A stretch of 32,000 bases of DNA from Chitinimonas arctica (GCF_007431345.1 NZ_CP041730.1:1061715-1093714); one strand, 5' to 3'; numbered from the stretch's first letter, positions 8,853 to 19,043 are shown. The notes: generated from the letters alone by a model not told the origin. Numbers and translations are program-made.

Positions 8853-9488
8853 TTAGTTTTCCCGAACACATCGAGCCGGCGTACCCACATAGGTCCGCCC
8901 CGCTATTAAATCGTTTAACACCACCGCGCCTGCACCGACAATGCAGCCGTCTCCAATTTTTACACCGGGTAAAACATTCGCACCTGCGCCGATTAAAACC
9001 CGCTCCCCAAGCGTCACGCCGCCCGCCAAGGTAGCATTCGGTGCGATATGCGAAAAAGCGCCTATCCGGCAATCATGATCCACAACGGCGCCGTGGTTGA
9101 TAATGCAGGCAAGTCCAATATCGGCATCCGGCGCCAGGATTGCGCCGGCGGCGACAAAGGAACCTCCGCCCACTTTCGCTGAATTTGCCACAATCGCACG
9201 CGGATGGACCAGGGAATGACTTTCCATACCCGCCTCTTGGCAAAGACCATTGAGTTGGGCACGTGCTTGGTTATTCCCTATCGCGACGTGGAAACGTCCG
9301 CCTTTTGCCAATGCAAGTGCTATCGGCGCGATGATTGCCAGTCCCATTAAACGCGTGCCGGCCAGCGCAAGATTATCGTCGGCAAGCCGCAGGGAATAAC
9401 GATGCGAATCAGCCTGTAGCTTGGCTACATCCATCACCACTTTGGCATGGCCACCGCCACCCACGATCAGCAGGGAATCAGTATGCAT
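8853..9488 (-). CDS. pglD: NeuD/PglD-family sugar O/N-acetyltransferase (left-handed beta helix)
   Basis: N-terminal LLIVGGGGHAKVVMDVA and hexapeptide repeats ending VKIGDGCIVGAGAVVLNDLIAGRTYVGTPAR. Confidence 0.85.
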   Translation of the reverse strand: MHTDSLLIVGGGGHAKVVMDVAKLQADSHRYSLRLADDNLALAGTRLMGLAIIAPIALALAKGGRFHVAIGNNQARAQLNGLCQEAGMESHSLVHPRAIVANSAKVGGGSFVAAGAILAPDADIGLACIINHGAVVDHDCRIGAFSHIAPNATLAGGVTLGERVLIGAGANVLPGVKIGDGCIVGAGAVVLNDLIAGRTYVGTPARCVREN

Positions 9489-10620
9489 TCGCCTTCCTCA
9501 ATACTGCCGGGGAAATATCCAATGCAGACAGCAACTCGGCCATCCTGCCTGCAGCCCCGCCGGCATCGTAAACATTACGGGGAGCATAAGGCCCATGCGC
9601 CAGTATGCGGCCAAGCGCTGCTGTCATATCGCATTCCTGCGCATCGACATCGATCACGTTGCTATTGCGCTCCCGTAAATGCTGGCGGGCACCAATATTC
9701 ATGACCGGCGTACCAAAGCTGCCCGCCTCTATGATCCCGCTGCTGGAGTTGCCAACCATGACATCGCAGTGTGCCATCCAGGAGACAAATTCTTCGCGGG
9801 GAAGATGGGTAAAAATGCGGACATCGGCCCGATCTTCGTATTTCTCAAGAACCGACCGTATCTCGTCCCCACCCGCGTCGGAATTCGGCCGCAAGGCAAT
9901 GAGCTGTAAATTGTGTGCCAAACAGGCATCCAACAGTCCTTTTACTTCCAGGGAAGCTTGGTCGGACTGCTGTAACACCGGGTGATAGACCAGCAAGGCA
10001 ATCCCCCTGTCGCGGTCAAAGCCGACGCGATGGCACAAGCCAGACCGATCGAATGCTGCCAGGTCCGCCAGGCCATCCAACCCGGGCGCGCCGGTCAGAA
10101 AGACAGCCTCCGCTTGTTCGCCCATCCGTACCAGCCGCGCTTGCGCCTGTTCGGTCGCCACGAAATGGAAATGCGACAACTTGGAGATAGCATGCCGAAC
10201 CGGTTCATCCACGGTGCCGGAGCGCTCGCCGCCATGGATATGCACGATCGGGATATTCAGATGTATGGCTGCCAGCGCCCCAGCCAACATTTCGCCGCGA
10301 TCCCCCAGCAGCAACATCAGGTCGGGCTTGATGCGTGCCAGGGTGAGCACGCATTTATCAAGGGTATGCGCCATATTTCTCGCCATCGCGACGCCAGTGC
10401 CCGCCTCGTCCACCAAGGGTATGCGTTCTACTATCCTCAATCCCGCCTTTGAGATTTCATCCACCGTCATGCCGAATTTCGGCGACAAGTGCATACCGCA
10501 AGCAATGATATCCAACGACAAACCGGGCGAGGCGGCAATCGCCTGCAAGGCATTTTGCATCAATCCAAAATCGGCGCGGGTACCGCTTAGGTAACAGACA
10601 CGGCGAACCGTCGCCCTCAT
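9478..10620 (-). CDS. neuC: NeuC/LegG-like UDP-sugar hydrolysing 2-epimerase
   Basis: SGTRADFGLMQNAL, LLLGDRGEMLAGALAAIHLNIPIVHIHGGERSGTVDEPVRHAISKLSH and VGNSSSGIIEAGSFGTPVMNIGARQ are characteristic of NeuC. Confidence 0.88.
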   Translation of the reverse strand: MRATVRRVCYLSGTRADFGLMQNALQAIAASPGLSLDIIACGMHLSPKFGMTVDEISKAGLRIVERIPLVDEAGTGVAMARNMAHTLDKCVLTLARIKPDLMLLLGDRGEMLAGALAAIHLNIPIVHIHGGERSGTVDEPVRHAISKLSHFHFVATEQAQARLVRMGEQAEAVFLTGAPGLDGLADLAAFDRSGLCHRVGFDRDRGIALLVYHPVLQQSDQASLEVKGLLDACLAHNLQLIALRPNSDAGGDEIRSVLEKYEDRADVRIFTHLPREEFVSWMAHCDVMVGNSSSGIIEAGSFGTPVMNIGARQHLRERNSNVIDVDAQECDMTAALGRILAHGPYAPRNVYDAGGAAGRMAELLSALDISPAVLRKANAY

Positions 10621-11648
10621 ATGACATCACTCCATTGCAGGGTGACCCCCGGCTCGATATCGCGCGACGCTTTCCTGCCAATCAACGAGAGGATTTCCTT
10701 GGGGGCAATGCCATTACCTGGGCGCATCAAACCGATATCTTCCCGCGCCAGTATCTGGCCGGCCGAGACGCCACGCAGCAAGGTCACACTGCGGCGCACC
10801 AACTCCCGTACCGGCAATTCGCTATTGCTTGGTTCCTTGATTGCGGAGCCCAAGGCTTGCTCCACCTCGCGAACCCGCGAGATCAGATCCGCAAGCCCGG
10901 CAGGCTCGAGCGAAGCCGTATGATCGGGACCGGGCAATTCGCGATCGAGCGTAAAGTGCTTTTCAATCACCCTGGCCCCCATGGCCACCGCGGCAACCGA
11001 CACGGTCGATCCGTCGGTATGATCGGAATAGCCAACCGGTAAGCCGGTGGCCTGCGCAATGGTGACCATGGCGCGTAGATTTACATCAACCAGGGCAGCA
11101 GGATAATTCGAAGTACAGTGCAGAATCGTGAGCACTTCCTCCAGCGGTGCCATAAAGCCCAATGATGTCCGCACTGAACGAATGGTCCCCAGTGCCTCCA
11201 TGATCTCCGCCAAGGTCGCCATGCCGGTAGAAAGAATCAGTGGCACATTCTTTGCGGTCAGATGCGCGAGAAAGGGCAGATTGGTGATTTCCCCCGATGC
11301 GACCTTGATACGGCGCATACCCAACTCGATCAGGAAATCCGCCGCTTCCTCATCAAATGGCGTGGACATGAACTCAATACCAAGCGCCTTGCACTGCTCC
11401 ACCAGCTTTCGATGCAGCGAGTCGGACATTTCCAATTGTTTGAGCATGGCATGCTGATCGCCGTCACCCGTTTCGCGAGCCTGGTACTCTGCCTTGGCCG
11501 CCCCCTTCCGGACCAATTTATCCGCGGAAAAAGTTTGGAACTTGACGGCATCGGCGCCACAGTCGGCGGCAATTCGCACCAACTGCAAGGCTAGCGCCTC
11601 ATCGCCATTGTGATTGACACCCGCTTCGGCAATAAAAAATGTACTCAT
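10617..11648 (-). CDS. neuB: NeuB/LegI-like nonulosonic acid synthase with C-terminal SAF domain
   Basis: FFIAEAGVNHNGD, DAVKFQTF, MSTPFDEE, HCTSNYP, GYSDHT and EKHFTLDRELPGPDH. Likely start at 11648, overlapping the neuA stop; the ORF track has 11663. Confidence 0.92.
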   Translation of the reverse strand: MSTFFIAEAGVNHNGDEALALQLVRIAADCGADAVKFQTFSADKLVRKGAAKAEYQARETGDGDQHAMLKQLEMSDSLHRKLVEQCKALGIEFMSTPFDEEAADFLIELGMRRIKVASGEITNLPFLAHLTAKNVPLILSTGMATLAEIMEALGTIRSVRTSLGFMAPLEEVLTILHCTSNYPAALVDVNLRAMVTIAQATGLPVGYSDHTDGSTVSVAAVAMGARVIEKHFTLDRELPGPDHTASLEPAGLADLISRVREVEQALGSAIKEPSNSELPVRELVRRSVTLLRGVSAGQILAREDIGLMRPGNGIAPKEILSLIGRKASRDIEPGVTLQWSDVI

Positions 11649-12346
11649 TTTGTCTTCATCCAATCGTCAATCAACAATTCCGCTACACGCCAATCGAACA
11701 GGGTATCTATATCGATGTTCTCGACGGCTTCGGAACAGAGAACCGAGCGGCAGCGCTTTGGGGTGAATGTGCCTTGCTCCCGTAGCGTCCGCACCTTGGT
11801 GAGATATAGCGCGCCATTGACTGCGTATGCGGGTGGATAGTCCTGCGAACGCGTGATGCCTGTGGAGTTATCCACCCACGCCTCCAGGCAACCGCTCGTG
11901 CCCTCCCTATATGCGAGATACGGATGGGTACTGGCCATGGAAACGCCGATGACGCCGTCGCAATCTTCTTCCGCAAGTAAATCGAACGCGCTTTGCCAGC
12001 GTGTTTGAAACCGAACCGGCGTGGTAGGTTGCAACAGTGCGACCGCATCGAATTCGCGTCCGACCTTGCTCAGGTAGTCCAGCAACTCCAATACCACGTC
12101 GAGGGATGCGGTCTTGTCCTGCGCCAATTCGGCCGGCCGTAATCGACTCACGTCCAGGCCTGCATGACGTCCCACTTCGGCAATTTCCGCACTATCGGTG
12201 GAAAGCTGTATGTCGCTAAACCAGGGGATGGTTTGCGCGAACGAAATCGTCCAGGCAATCAGCGGCTTATCGAATAGCGGCCGCGTATTCTTTCCGGGCA
12301 GCCGCTTCGAGCCGCCTCGCGCAGGGATAACCGCAAGAACGCGCAT
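11645..12346 (-). CDS. neuA: NeuA/LegF-like CMP-nonulosonic acid cytidylyltransferase
   Basis: MRVLAVIPARGGSKRLPGKNTRPLFDKPLIAWTI start at 12346, with FDAVALLQPTTPVR. The ORF track's 34-residue N-terminal extension overlaps hisH. Confidence 0.9.
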   Translation of the reverse strand: MRVLAVIPARGGSKRLPGKNTRPLFDKPLIAWTISFAQTIPWFSDIQLSTDSAEIAEVGRHAGLDVSRLRPAELAQDKTASLDVVLELLDYLSKVGREFDAVALLQPTTPVRFQTRWQSAFDLLAEEDCDGVIGVSMASTHPYLAYREGTSGCLEAWVDNSTGITRSQDYPPAYAVNGALYLTKVRTLREQGTFTPKRCRSVLCSEAVENIDIDTLFDWRVAELLIDDWMKTK

Positions 12347-12993
12347 CAGATTTGGATAAAACTGCGCAATATGCTCAATCCCACCTTCCCGCTGCGCTCG
12401 GGGTGGAACTGCGTCGCCATGACATTGGCCTGCTGAACCGCCGCGCATAAGCGGTGGCCACCATACAGGGTATCGGCCAGGCGAATGGAAGGATCCGACG
12501 GCACCGCAGCGTAGGAATGCACGAAATAAACCGCCGCACGTTTGGCTTCAAGTCCTTCCAATACGCCACCGCGCCAATGCTCGCACCCTTCCGCAGGGAT
12601 CAGATAGTTCCATCCGATCTGCGGCACGCGTTGCTGAATATTCTGGGTATTCCGGCTGGGTATTCCTCGTACCCTCCCTTCGAGAATGCCCAAGCCGCGA
12701 TGCTCGCCAAACTCTTCGCTACCTTCGAACAACATTTGCATGCCAACACAAATCCCCAGAAAGGGGCGCTCAGTGGCAACAAAACGGTGGATGACTTCGT
12801 CGAAACCGCGACTTGCCAACTCCGAAATACAATCGCGGAACGCCCCCACCCCCGGTACCACCAACCTTTCCGCCGCCAGGGCCAAGGACGCATCCTCGGT
12901 AATGGTGACATCGGCCCCGCAATGCTCGAAAGCACGCGCCACGTTGAGCAAATTACCCATTCCGTAATCCAGCAAGGTGATTTTGCTACACAT
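12346..12993 (-). CDS. hisH: HisH-like glutamine amidotransferase subunit, module A
   Basis: LLDYGMGNLLNV, LGICVGMQMLF nucleophile Cys, and QFHPERSG His/Glu. Sits in a polysaccharide operon next to HisF1 and WbpG1. Confidence 0.9.
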   Translation of the reverse strand: MCSKITLLDYGMGNLLNVARAFEHCGADVTITEDASLALAAERLVVPGVGAFRDCISELASRGFDEVIHRFVATERPFLGICVGMQMLFEGSEEFGEHRGLGILEGRVRGIPSRNTQNIQQRVPQIGWNYLIPAEGCEHWRGGVLEGLEAKRAAVYFVHSYAAVPSDPSIRLADTLYGGHRLCAAVQQANVMATQFHPERSGKVGLSILRSFIQI

Positions 12994-13759
12994 CCACCAG
13001 CTCCCTTACGAAGAGACCTGCGTCCAATGCGGTTTGTCGAATAGTCATCAAGTCCATTCGATTGTAATGAAGGACATCCGCCATCGCGATGGCATCAGCC
13101 AACCCTTCGTTCGCCGCCAAGACAAAGTCTTCCGGGCTGCCCATCCCGCCACTGGCGATAACCGGCACCGACACGGCCTGGCTTATCTGGCGTATAAGCG
13201 GAATATCGAATCCCTTGCGGGTCCCTTCCCGATCAACGGAGGTCAACAAAATCTCCCCCGCACCCAATGCCACGCCTCGAACCGCCCACTCAAGTACGTC
13301 CAGGCCGGTACGCTCTCGCCCATTGTCGGTGTAGACCTCCCAGCGATCGGATGTCGTCTGCTTCGCTTCAATGGACAGCACCATGGCCTGGGAACCAAAA
13401 CGATAGGCAACCTCCGAAATCAAATCCGGCCGCGCCACGGCGGCGGTATTGATGGCCACCTTATCCGCGCCGGAACGGAGAATATGTTTCGCATCTTCAG
13501 GCGAGCGTATGCCGCCACCCACGGTAATGGGAATAAACACCCTATCAGCGGCACGACGGATGATATCGCTCAGATTGTTGCGGCCATACAAGCTGGCGAC
13601 AACATCCATGTAGACCAATTCGTCCGCACCCGCTTCGTAATATTTAAGCGCGTACTCCTGCGGATCGCCGATCACGCGCAATCCTTCGAGATGCACCCCT
13701 TTAATCAAGTTCGGTCCCTTGATATCCAGGCGAGGAATGATGCGAACGTTTCTCATCAT
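12986..13759 (-). CDS. hisF: HisF-like subunit, module A (acetamidino-modification type)
   Basis: HisF barrel sequence VRIIPRLDIKGPNLIKGVHLEGLR, TVGGGIRS, VIASGGMGS. The residue equivalent to T. maritima D11 is present (D12); the D130 equivalent is Glu (E131). Confidence 0.88.
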   Translation of the reverse strand: MMRNVRIIPRLDIKGPNLIKGVHLEGLRVIGDPQEYALKYYEAGADELVYMDVVASLYGRNNLSDIIRRAADRVFIPITVGGGIRSPEDAKHILRSGADKVAINTAAVARPDLISEVAYRFGSQAMVLSIEAKQTTSDRWEVYTDNGRERTGLDVLEWAVRGVALGAGEILLTSVDREGTRKGFDIPLIRQISQAVSVPVIASGGMGSPEDFVLAANEGLADAIAMADVLHYNRMDLMTIRQTALDAGLFVRELVDV

Positions 13760-14937
13760 TTTTCTTTGTCGGTTAAATGGTTCTCATGCCAGGCAGCATG
13801 CCGGAGGATCCACTCATCCCCCTCTTTTTTCCATAGATGATCGGAACGCCAGCTGTCAATCACCTCCTCGAATTGTTCCTGCCCGATTGAGCAATACTCC
13901 AGAAACTCCTGCAAATGACGCTTTGGAAATTCGCCGTCGTAGCGTCTTACCAACGCCACCGCTTCCTCGCGGGTTATCTTACCGTCGCGCACTTCATGCG
14001 CCGCATCCGACGTCGTACGACCGATACCGAACTTGATATACCCCAGGTAATAATGAAAGCCGTCGATCCGATCATCCAGGCTGGCATATTTCGAATAGGT
14101 CCCTTCCGAACGCTCCGTATTCGGCGAAAAACCGGTGTGCTCACGGCAATAATAGTAATTTTCCTGGGGGTCCCAAAATTTGTAATAGCCCAGAAAATGG
14201 ATTTCGGTCTTGTTATTCTTTATTTCATCGAACTTTGGCGCCATAAATGGCTTCAAATCCGACAAGGTCAGACCATGCTCCAGCCAGAACTCCGGCGGCA
14301 ATCCAGAAAAATAATGCGTATCGTGATCCTGAATTTCCCTATCCGGACGATGCGCATTCTTCATATCGCCGCCATACTCGACCTCGCCGTTCTCCCCATA
14401 CATGATCAGTGACACATTATGCTTGATGGCCATGCTAAGCGGAAAGTTGGTCTGCCCATAGATAAATGGCTGAAATGGATCGCCAAGATGGGCGAAGGAG
14501 AGTTGCGTCAACTTCCTGGTCACCACGCCATTAGGCGTGCCGAGCACATTATCAAAGCCGGCGCGAATAAAAGCGTCCAGGTTACGGCGACCGATTTCAG
14601 TTGCCCATAGTGGCGCCCATGTCACCGTCAATGGATTCATGCCATATTTGTATTTAAGCTGATGGGCGACAAAACTACCATCCTTCCCTCCGCTGCAAGG
14701 AACGATTACGTCATATTCCCCATTGCCTTTACGGTGTTTGTCGCACAATGCAAGCAATTCCCGTTCTCGCTCCGTCCAATCGATTTTATTGCGCTTGTAC
14801 TCTGCAAAATTGCAAGCCGAGCAAACACCCTTTTCATCGAAAGTGATCCGGGGACGTTGATTCGAAATCGTACATTTCCTGCAGTAACGAACTTCGCTCG
14901 GAAGCTTGTACTTGGCAATCACGTCAACTTTCTGCAC
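13756..14937 (-). CDS. wbpG: N-acetyl sugar amidotransferase, WbpG/PseA/PtmG-like, module A
   Basis: Cys pairs CRKC...CSAC, PP-loop PCSGGKDGSF, and GENGEVEYGGDMKNA. Adjacent to hisF/hisH homologs. Confidence 0.82.
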   Translation of the reverse strand: MQKVDVIAKYKLPSEVRYCRKCTISNQRPRITFDEKGVCSACNFAEYKRNKIDWTERERELLALCDKHRKGNGEYDVIVPCSGGKDGSFVAHQLKYKYGMNPLTVTWAPLWATEIGRRNLDAFIRAGFDNVLGTPNGVVTRKLTQLSFAHLGDPFQPFIYGQTNFPLSMAIKHNVSLIMYGENGEVEYGGDMKNAHRPDREIQDHDTHYFSGLPPEFWLEHGLTLSDLKPFMAPKFDEIKNNKTEIHFLGYYKFWDPQENYYYCREHTGFSPNTERSEGTYSKYASLDDRIDGFHYYLGYIKFGIGRTTSDAAHEVRDGKITREEAVALVRRYDGEFPKRHLQEFLEYCSIGQEQFEEVIDSWRSDHLWKKEGDEWILRHAAWHENHLTDKEK

Positions 14938-14954
14938 AAAGCGCTCCTATAGGC

Positions 14955-15518
14955 CTAATGAGAAACGCCATCGCGTTTCATGACTTTGATAAAAGTACGC
15001 CACAATACCAACAAATCGAACACCAGCGACCTTCTATGTAGGTACTCGGTATCCAATTTGACCTTTTCTGGTATGGACAGCTCATCCCTTCCATTGATCT
15101 GAGCCCAGCCCGTGAGCCCGGGAATAAGCGTATGCACTCCCTCCCTGGTACGTAGTTCTATCAAATCATACTGATTATAAAGCGCCGGTCGCGGTCCAAC
15201 GAAGCTCATATCGCCCCGCAGTATGCACCAAAGTTGCGGCAATTCATCCAAACTGCTTTTGCGCAAAAAACCTCCTATAGGCGTGAGATAAGCCCCAGGA
15301 TCCTCCATAAGATGCGTAGCCACGACAGGCGCATCCTGCCGCATGCTACGGAATTTTGGCATTTTGAAAATAGTATTATTATGCCCCACCCTGTCCGACC
15401 AATAAACCAGCGGGCCTTTAGAGGTCAGTTTTATCGCGATCGCCACCAATATTGCCGGCGCAAATAAAATTATCGCGGCAACGATGGACAACAATATATC
15501 AATGGTTCTTTTTATCAA
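14955..15518 (-). CDS. Initiating sugar-1-phosphate transferase (PglC/WcaJ C-terminal type)
   Basis: MIKRTIDILLSIVAAIILF, KFRSMR, RKSSLDELPQLWCILRGDMSFVGPRP and PGLTGWAQINGRDELS are hallmark motifs. Confidence 0.92.
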   Translation of the reverse strand: MIKRTIDILLSIVAAIILFAPAILVAIAIKLTSKGPLVYWSDRVGHNNTIFKMPKFRSMRQDAPVVATHLMEDPGAYLTPIGGFLRKSSLDELPQLWCILRGDMSFVGPRPALYNQYDLIELRTREGVHTLIPGLTGWAQINGRDELSIPEKVKLDTEYLHRRSLVFDLLVLWRTFIKVMKRDGVSH

Positions 15519-16678
15519 TTATTTGCACCCGCCAATATCAATTTCGCAGCACCTTCCGCATAAGCTTCCCGCGTGTGCATGACCCGAACGCCACGGCATG
15601 CCTCCTGCATAGCCGAATATAAATCAGCATCATCTTTCAGCCGTAAAATTGCGCTGTATATCTGCTCTACATCCCCAGCATTGTACTGCGCGCCGCAGCG
15701 ACTTAATTCCAAAAACTCTCCCGCATCGCACGGCGGTGTCACGATAGTCGGTATGGCCAATCCCAGGTATTCCCAGACCTTTACCGGAAAGGCATCCTTG
15801 GAAATGTCCTCGTCCAGTCGCAAGCACAAGCCAACATGACACTTCGATACTTCCTGAATCGTCTCTTCAAAAGATTTCCTGCCTAGATACCTTAGATTTT
15901 CGTTTTGGTTATCTTCCAGTAAGTTTGACTTCCGACCATACCCGACCACCACCACATCGATATCATGCATAGCCAATCGATCAGCTAAAATCACGATGGA
16001 CTCAACATCCTGAAAAAACCCCAGCACACCGTGAAAGCACACGGTAAATCTAGCATGTTTTTCCGACTGCACATTCAACAGCAAGGACGGAAACCCATTC
16101 GCAATATGGACAACCGATGGTTTGCCCGGATATTTTTCCACTTCATTCTTCAAGCCAGCCGTTGCTGTAAAGATCAAAGCGGCTCGCTTATACATATAGG
16201 CACTGAATTTATCCAAGATACGATGCAACACACCATCCTTGGCGATTAAATTGCTTGCTACATATGCTTGAGGGTAGATATCCCTGATATCCAATATAAA
16301 TGGCATCCTACGTAACATCGCCGCTAGGCATATAATGCAAGCAGCAATGTACGATGGCGATGAAACCAATAAAGTCGTAGATTTAGGATTCGCTCTAAAT
16401 ACCTGCCGCCCCACACGAATGCCTAAAACCCCTTCCCGCCATACTCTGCGCAACAATCCCCCTTCTTCCGACCCCGTCCCGCTTGGTAGCGATTTGATTT
16501 CGACTCCGTCAATTGGATGAGGATCGGGCGTTGCGGTGTAAAAACGCAAATCCACGGGTGTTGCACCTCTGAATTTCACCAATGCTTCGGCGATCGAGTG
16601 GCCACGCAGGGCTGCACCACCACCTCCCGAAGGTGGTAAGCTCTCAAAGAAACAAGCGATACGTTTATTCTGATTCAT
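15515..16678 (-). CDS. GT4-like glycosyltransferase (WbuB-like)
   Basis: Two-domain GT-B pattern: GGAALRGHSIAEAL, LDIRDIYPQAYVASNLI, VCFHGVLGFFQDVE, FPVKVWEYLGLAIPTIVTP. Confidence 0.8.
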   Translation of the reverse strand: MNQNKRIACFFESLPPSGGGGAALRGHSIAEALVKFRGATPVDLRFYTATPDPHPIDGVEIKSLPSGTGSEEGGLLRRVWREGVLGIRVGRQVFRANPKSTTLLVSSPSYIAACIICLAAMLRRMPFILDIRDIYPQAYVASNLIAKDGVLHRILDKFSAYMYKRAALIFTATAGLKNEVEKYPGKPSVVHIANGFPSLLLNVQSEKHARFTVCFHGVLGFFQDVESIVILADRLAMHDIDVVVVGYGRKSNLLEDNQNENLRYLGRKSFEETIQEVSKCHVGLCLRLDEDISKDAFPVKVWEYLGLAIPTIVTPPCDAGEFLELSRCGAQYNAGDVEQIYSAILRLKDDADLYSAMQEACRGVRVMHTREAYAEGAAKLILAGANN

Positions 16679-17967
16679 TATGCCGCCTTTTTGACATAGA
16701 CAAATCCGCGCTTCGACATACCGGGCTGCAGAATAAAGTAAGTCACCCCCATCGATATCAGCATCAGCGGGTGGACCAACTGCACAATGCCTGCGCTATT
16801 CAACCAGCTCAACAATACAAAAACAAAATAAGTTATCGTCATAGCTCCCAAATCATAGCGCCGCTTGGCGACGGATTTTTTTATATAGTCAAGCACCACG
16901 GCAACGAAATATCCGGCAATCAACCCAAAAACAATGAAGCCATATAAACCAAAAAACAACAATCCTTCCACAAAAATATTTGGCGTCATGTTCCATTCGC
17001 CAGAGCTTACCGCCGAGACCATATCTGGATACTGAGCAGCCGAAACCGCCATCGAAAACCCATACTGATACACTTCGTCCATTCCAACAAACAGTTTTAT
17101 ATTACTTTTGCCAAAAATCTCCATCAGAGTAGGCAAATAGCTAAACTGCATCTCATCATCTATCAACTGCAACGGGACCGCATACGGCAATTCCGCAGTC
17201 AAGATAAAAGCACGATACAATATATACAAAACAGCGTCAAACAAATCACCTTCCAGGAAGGAATCGAACATTAGCCCTGCCACCACCACAAGACAAAATG
17301 ATATCAACACCAGTCTCAAAAAAGCCCAAAAATTCATGCGGTCCCAATATAGGGCGATTACCCCAGGCAATACGATCTGAATCGCGGAAGCTTTTCCACC
17401 CGTCGCGGCTCCAATCAACAGGACTGAAACGATACTGAATATGACAGCATTTCTTGATTCCTTATTCGGGTGAAATCGGTGCCATAAGCATACGTATGCC
17501 AATAAGGAAGGCGATAAATACTTCGTAAAAAATGCGTGGAATGGACCCATTTGCCGCACATGCTCTTTTGTCACTTCCCCGCCCAACACCCATAACCCTT
17601 GAAATGGCACCATAACAATCAACAAAATCACAAATATGGCAAACGTCACATATCGCAGATTCGGGCTATAGGCGGCAACGTCAAGCTTCGTCCCTTCTGT
17701 TATCGGCTTTCTTTGCCGAATAAAAAAAGCAGAAAAGAATGCCACCAGGAAAACCGTATATAGCATGAAAGGAATAAGCGAATAATTCCCATTCACCAAC
17801 CACTCATACTCTTCCTGTAAAAAATACAGCAGTACAATGCCTGTATAAGGCAGCATTAACACCAGCAGAACGAGTACAATTAGCATTTGCAGAGCCCGGT
17901 GCGATAAACCATCAGTTATATTGCACTTTTCGATATATTTTAACCAGTGCCATTGCAATCTTCGCAT
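16678..17967 (-). CDS. wzy: Multi-pass membrane protein, probable Wzy-like O-antigen/polysaccharide polymerase
   Basis: About 12 hydrophobic segments, AT-rich, located between glycosyltransferase and amidotransferase genes. The start may instead be 17886 (MLIVLVLLV...), which would remove the 56-nt overlap with the next gene. Confidence 0.6.
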   Translation of the reverse strand: MRRLQWHWLKYIEKCNITDGLSHRALQMLIVLVLLVLMLPYTGIVLLYFLQEEYEWLVNGNYSLIPFMLYTVFLVAFFSAFFIRQRKPITEGTKLDVAAYSPNLRYVTFAIFVILLIVMVPFQGLWVLGGEVTKEHVRQMGPFHAFFTKYLSPSLLAYVCLWHRFHPNKESRNAVIFSIVSVLLIGAATGGKASAIQIVLPGVIALYWDRMNFWAFLRLVLISFCLVVVAGLMFDSFLEGDLFDAVLYILYRAFILTAELPYAVPLQLIDDEMQFSYLPTLMEIFGKSNIKLFVGMDEVYQYGFSMAVSAAQYPDMVSAVSSGEWNMTPNIFVEGLLFFGLYGFIVFGLIAGYFVAVVLDYIKKSVAKRRYDLGAMTITYFVFVLLSWLNSAGIVQLVHPLMLISMGVTYFILQPGMSKRGFVYVKKAA

Positions 17968-19015
17968 AGGAAGGATAGTCGAAGTGACTAACCGCCGATG
18001 CGTTCAAATAAGCATCGTGCTCCACCTGCGAAAACCCCAGCTTCTTGCAGATATACTCCCGATCCGATGCCAGCGCAGATTCGGTATAAGGTGGCTTTTC
18101 CAGCTCCTTCAATGCAAGTTCGCGCGTCACTTCCCCATTCATAATGAGGTCAGACAAGTGCACCTTGCGCTTATCCACGCCAAATTTCTTGGGGAGGATA
18201 TGAGCCTGGTAGTATTTTGTAAATAAAGATTCGTAATGCTTACCGCCATAATATTCCCAGCCCAGCTCCGCTTTCAATGTAGCGATGGCTTCTTCTTTCT
18301 TATAAGGGAGATAATTCAATATCGGCACGGATTGAAAACCAGACATATACTTGTTCCAAGCCATATGCCAAATACTGATGGTAGGATAGCTACGCACTTT
18401 CAATTGGCCAAATTTCTTTTGAATAGCCATCAAGTTAAGTAAATCAAACTTGAAATGCTGCCATGCTTTCGGCATAATCGACTCGGTGGCCACGTTTGTG
18501 CCCGACAGGATATATCGAATTTTATGCTGCTTGGCCAGTTTGAAGAGCGCAGCAAAGATAGCGTGATCGGTAACCATCTCGATATCGATAACATTTGCTT
18601 TAAAGAAAGATCGCTGGATATCGCGAAACTCCTCCCAATCGATGACATAGGTAATCAAGTCCAAATTTAACTTCTTCACCATCCTTTCGATATTCTTCAC
18701 CGCCAACTCGGAGTTCCAGCCATTATCGAAATGTACCGCAAGGGGTTTCAACCCCAACTGGATGGCTTGATAGGCTACATAGGAGCTATCTACTCCACCG
18801 CTCAGGCCAATAATGCAATCATATTCGCCCTTCGCACGCGCCTTTATCCGAGCGACCAAGGCAGCCAACTTCTCACCCGCATCAGACTGACTGAAAGGAG
18901 CTTGTGCAACACGCGCTTCGTGTGACTTGCAATGACTGCACACACCGGACTCATCGAATGAGATCTCCGCATCGGTCGTATCCATCACACAACGAACACA
19001 TATTTGATAGTGCAC
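17912..19015 (-). CDS. wbpG: N-acetyl sugar amidotransferase, WbpG/WbuX-like, module B
   Basis: Cys pairs CVRC...CSHC, PP-loop IGLSGGVDSSY, and GTNVATESIMP. Directly followed by HisF2/HisH2 homologs. Confidence 0.85.
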   Translation of the reverse strand: MHYQICVRCVMDTTDAEISFDESGVCSHCKSHEARVAQAPFSQSDAGEKLAALVARIKARAKGEYDCIIGLSGGVDSSYVAYQAIQLGLKPLAVHFDNGWNSELAVKNIERMVKKLNLDLITYVIDWEEFRDIQRSFFKANVIDIEMVTDHAIFAALFKLAKQHKIRYILSGTNVATESIMPKAWQHFKFDLLNLMAIQKKFGQLKVRSYPTISIWHMAWNKYMSGFQSVPILNYLPYKKEEAIATLKAELGWEYYGGKHYESLFTKYYQAHILPKKFGVDKRKVHLSDLIMNGEVTRELALKELEKPPYTESALASDREYICKKLGFSQVEHDAYLNASAVSHFDYPSYAKIAMALVKIYRKVQYN

Positions 19016-19043
19016 CGTACGCTCTCCTTCGCGTCTACCGCGC

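Noticed and set aside
12346-13759. HisH1/HisF1 as ordinary histidine-biosynthesis genes
   Set aside because: They lie between neuA- and WbpG-like genes with overlapping ends, no other his genes are present, and the HisF1 catalytic Asp130 equivalent is Glu. An amidotransferase role is more likely, though residual His activity is not excluded.
12977-13840. 287-aa plus-strand ORF antisense to hisF1
   Set aside because: No recognisable domain, rich in His/Arg/Gln/Pro as expected for a shadow frame, and fully opposite a strongly supported gene.
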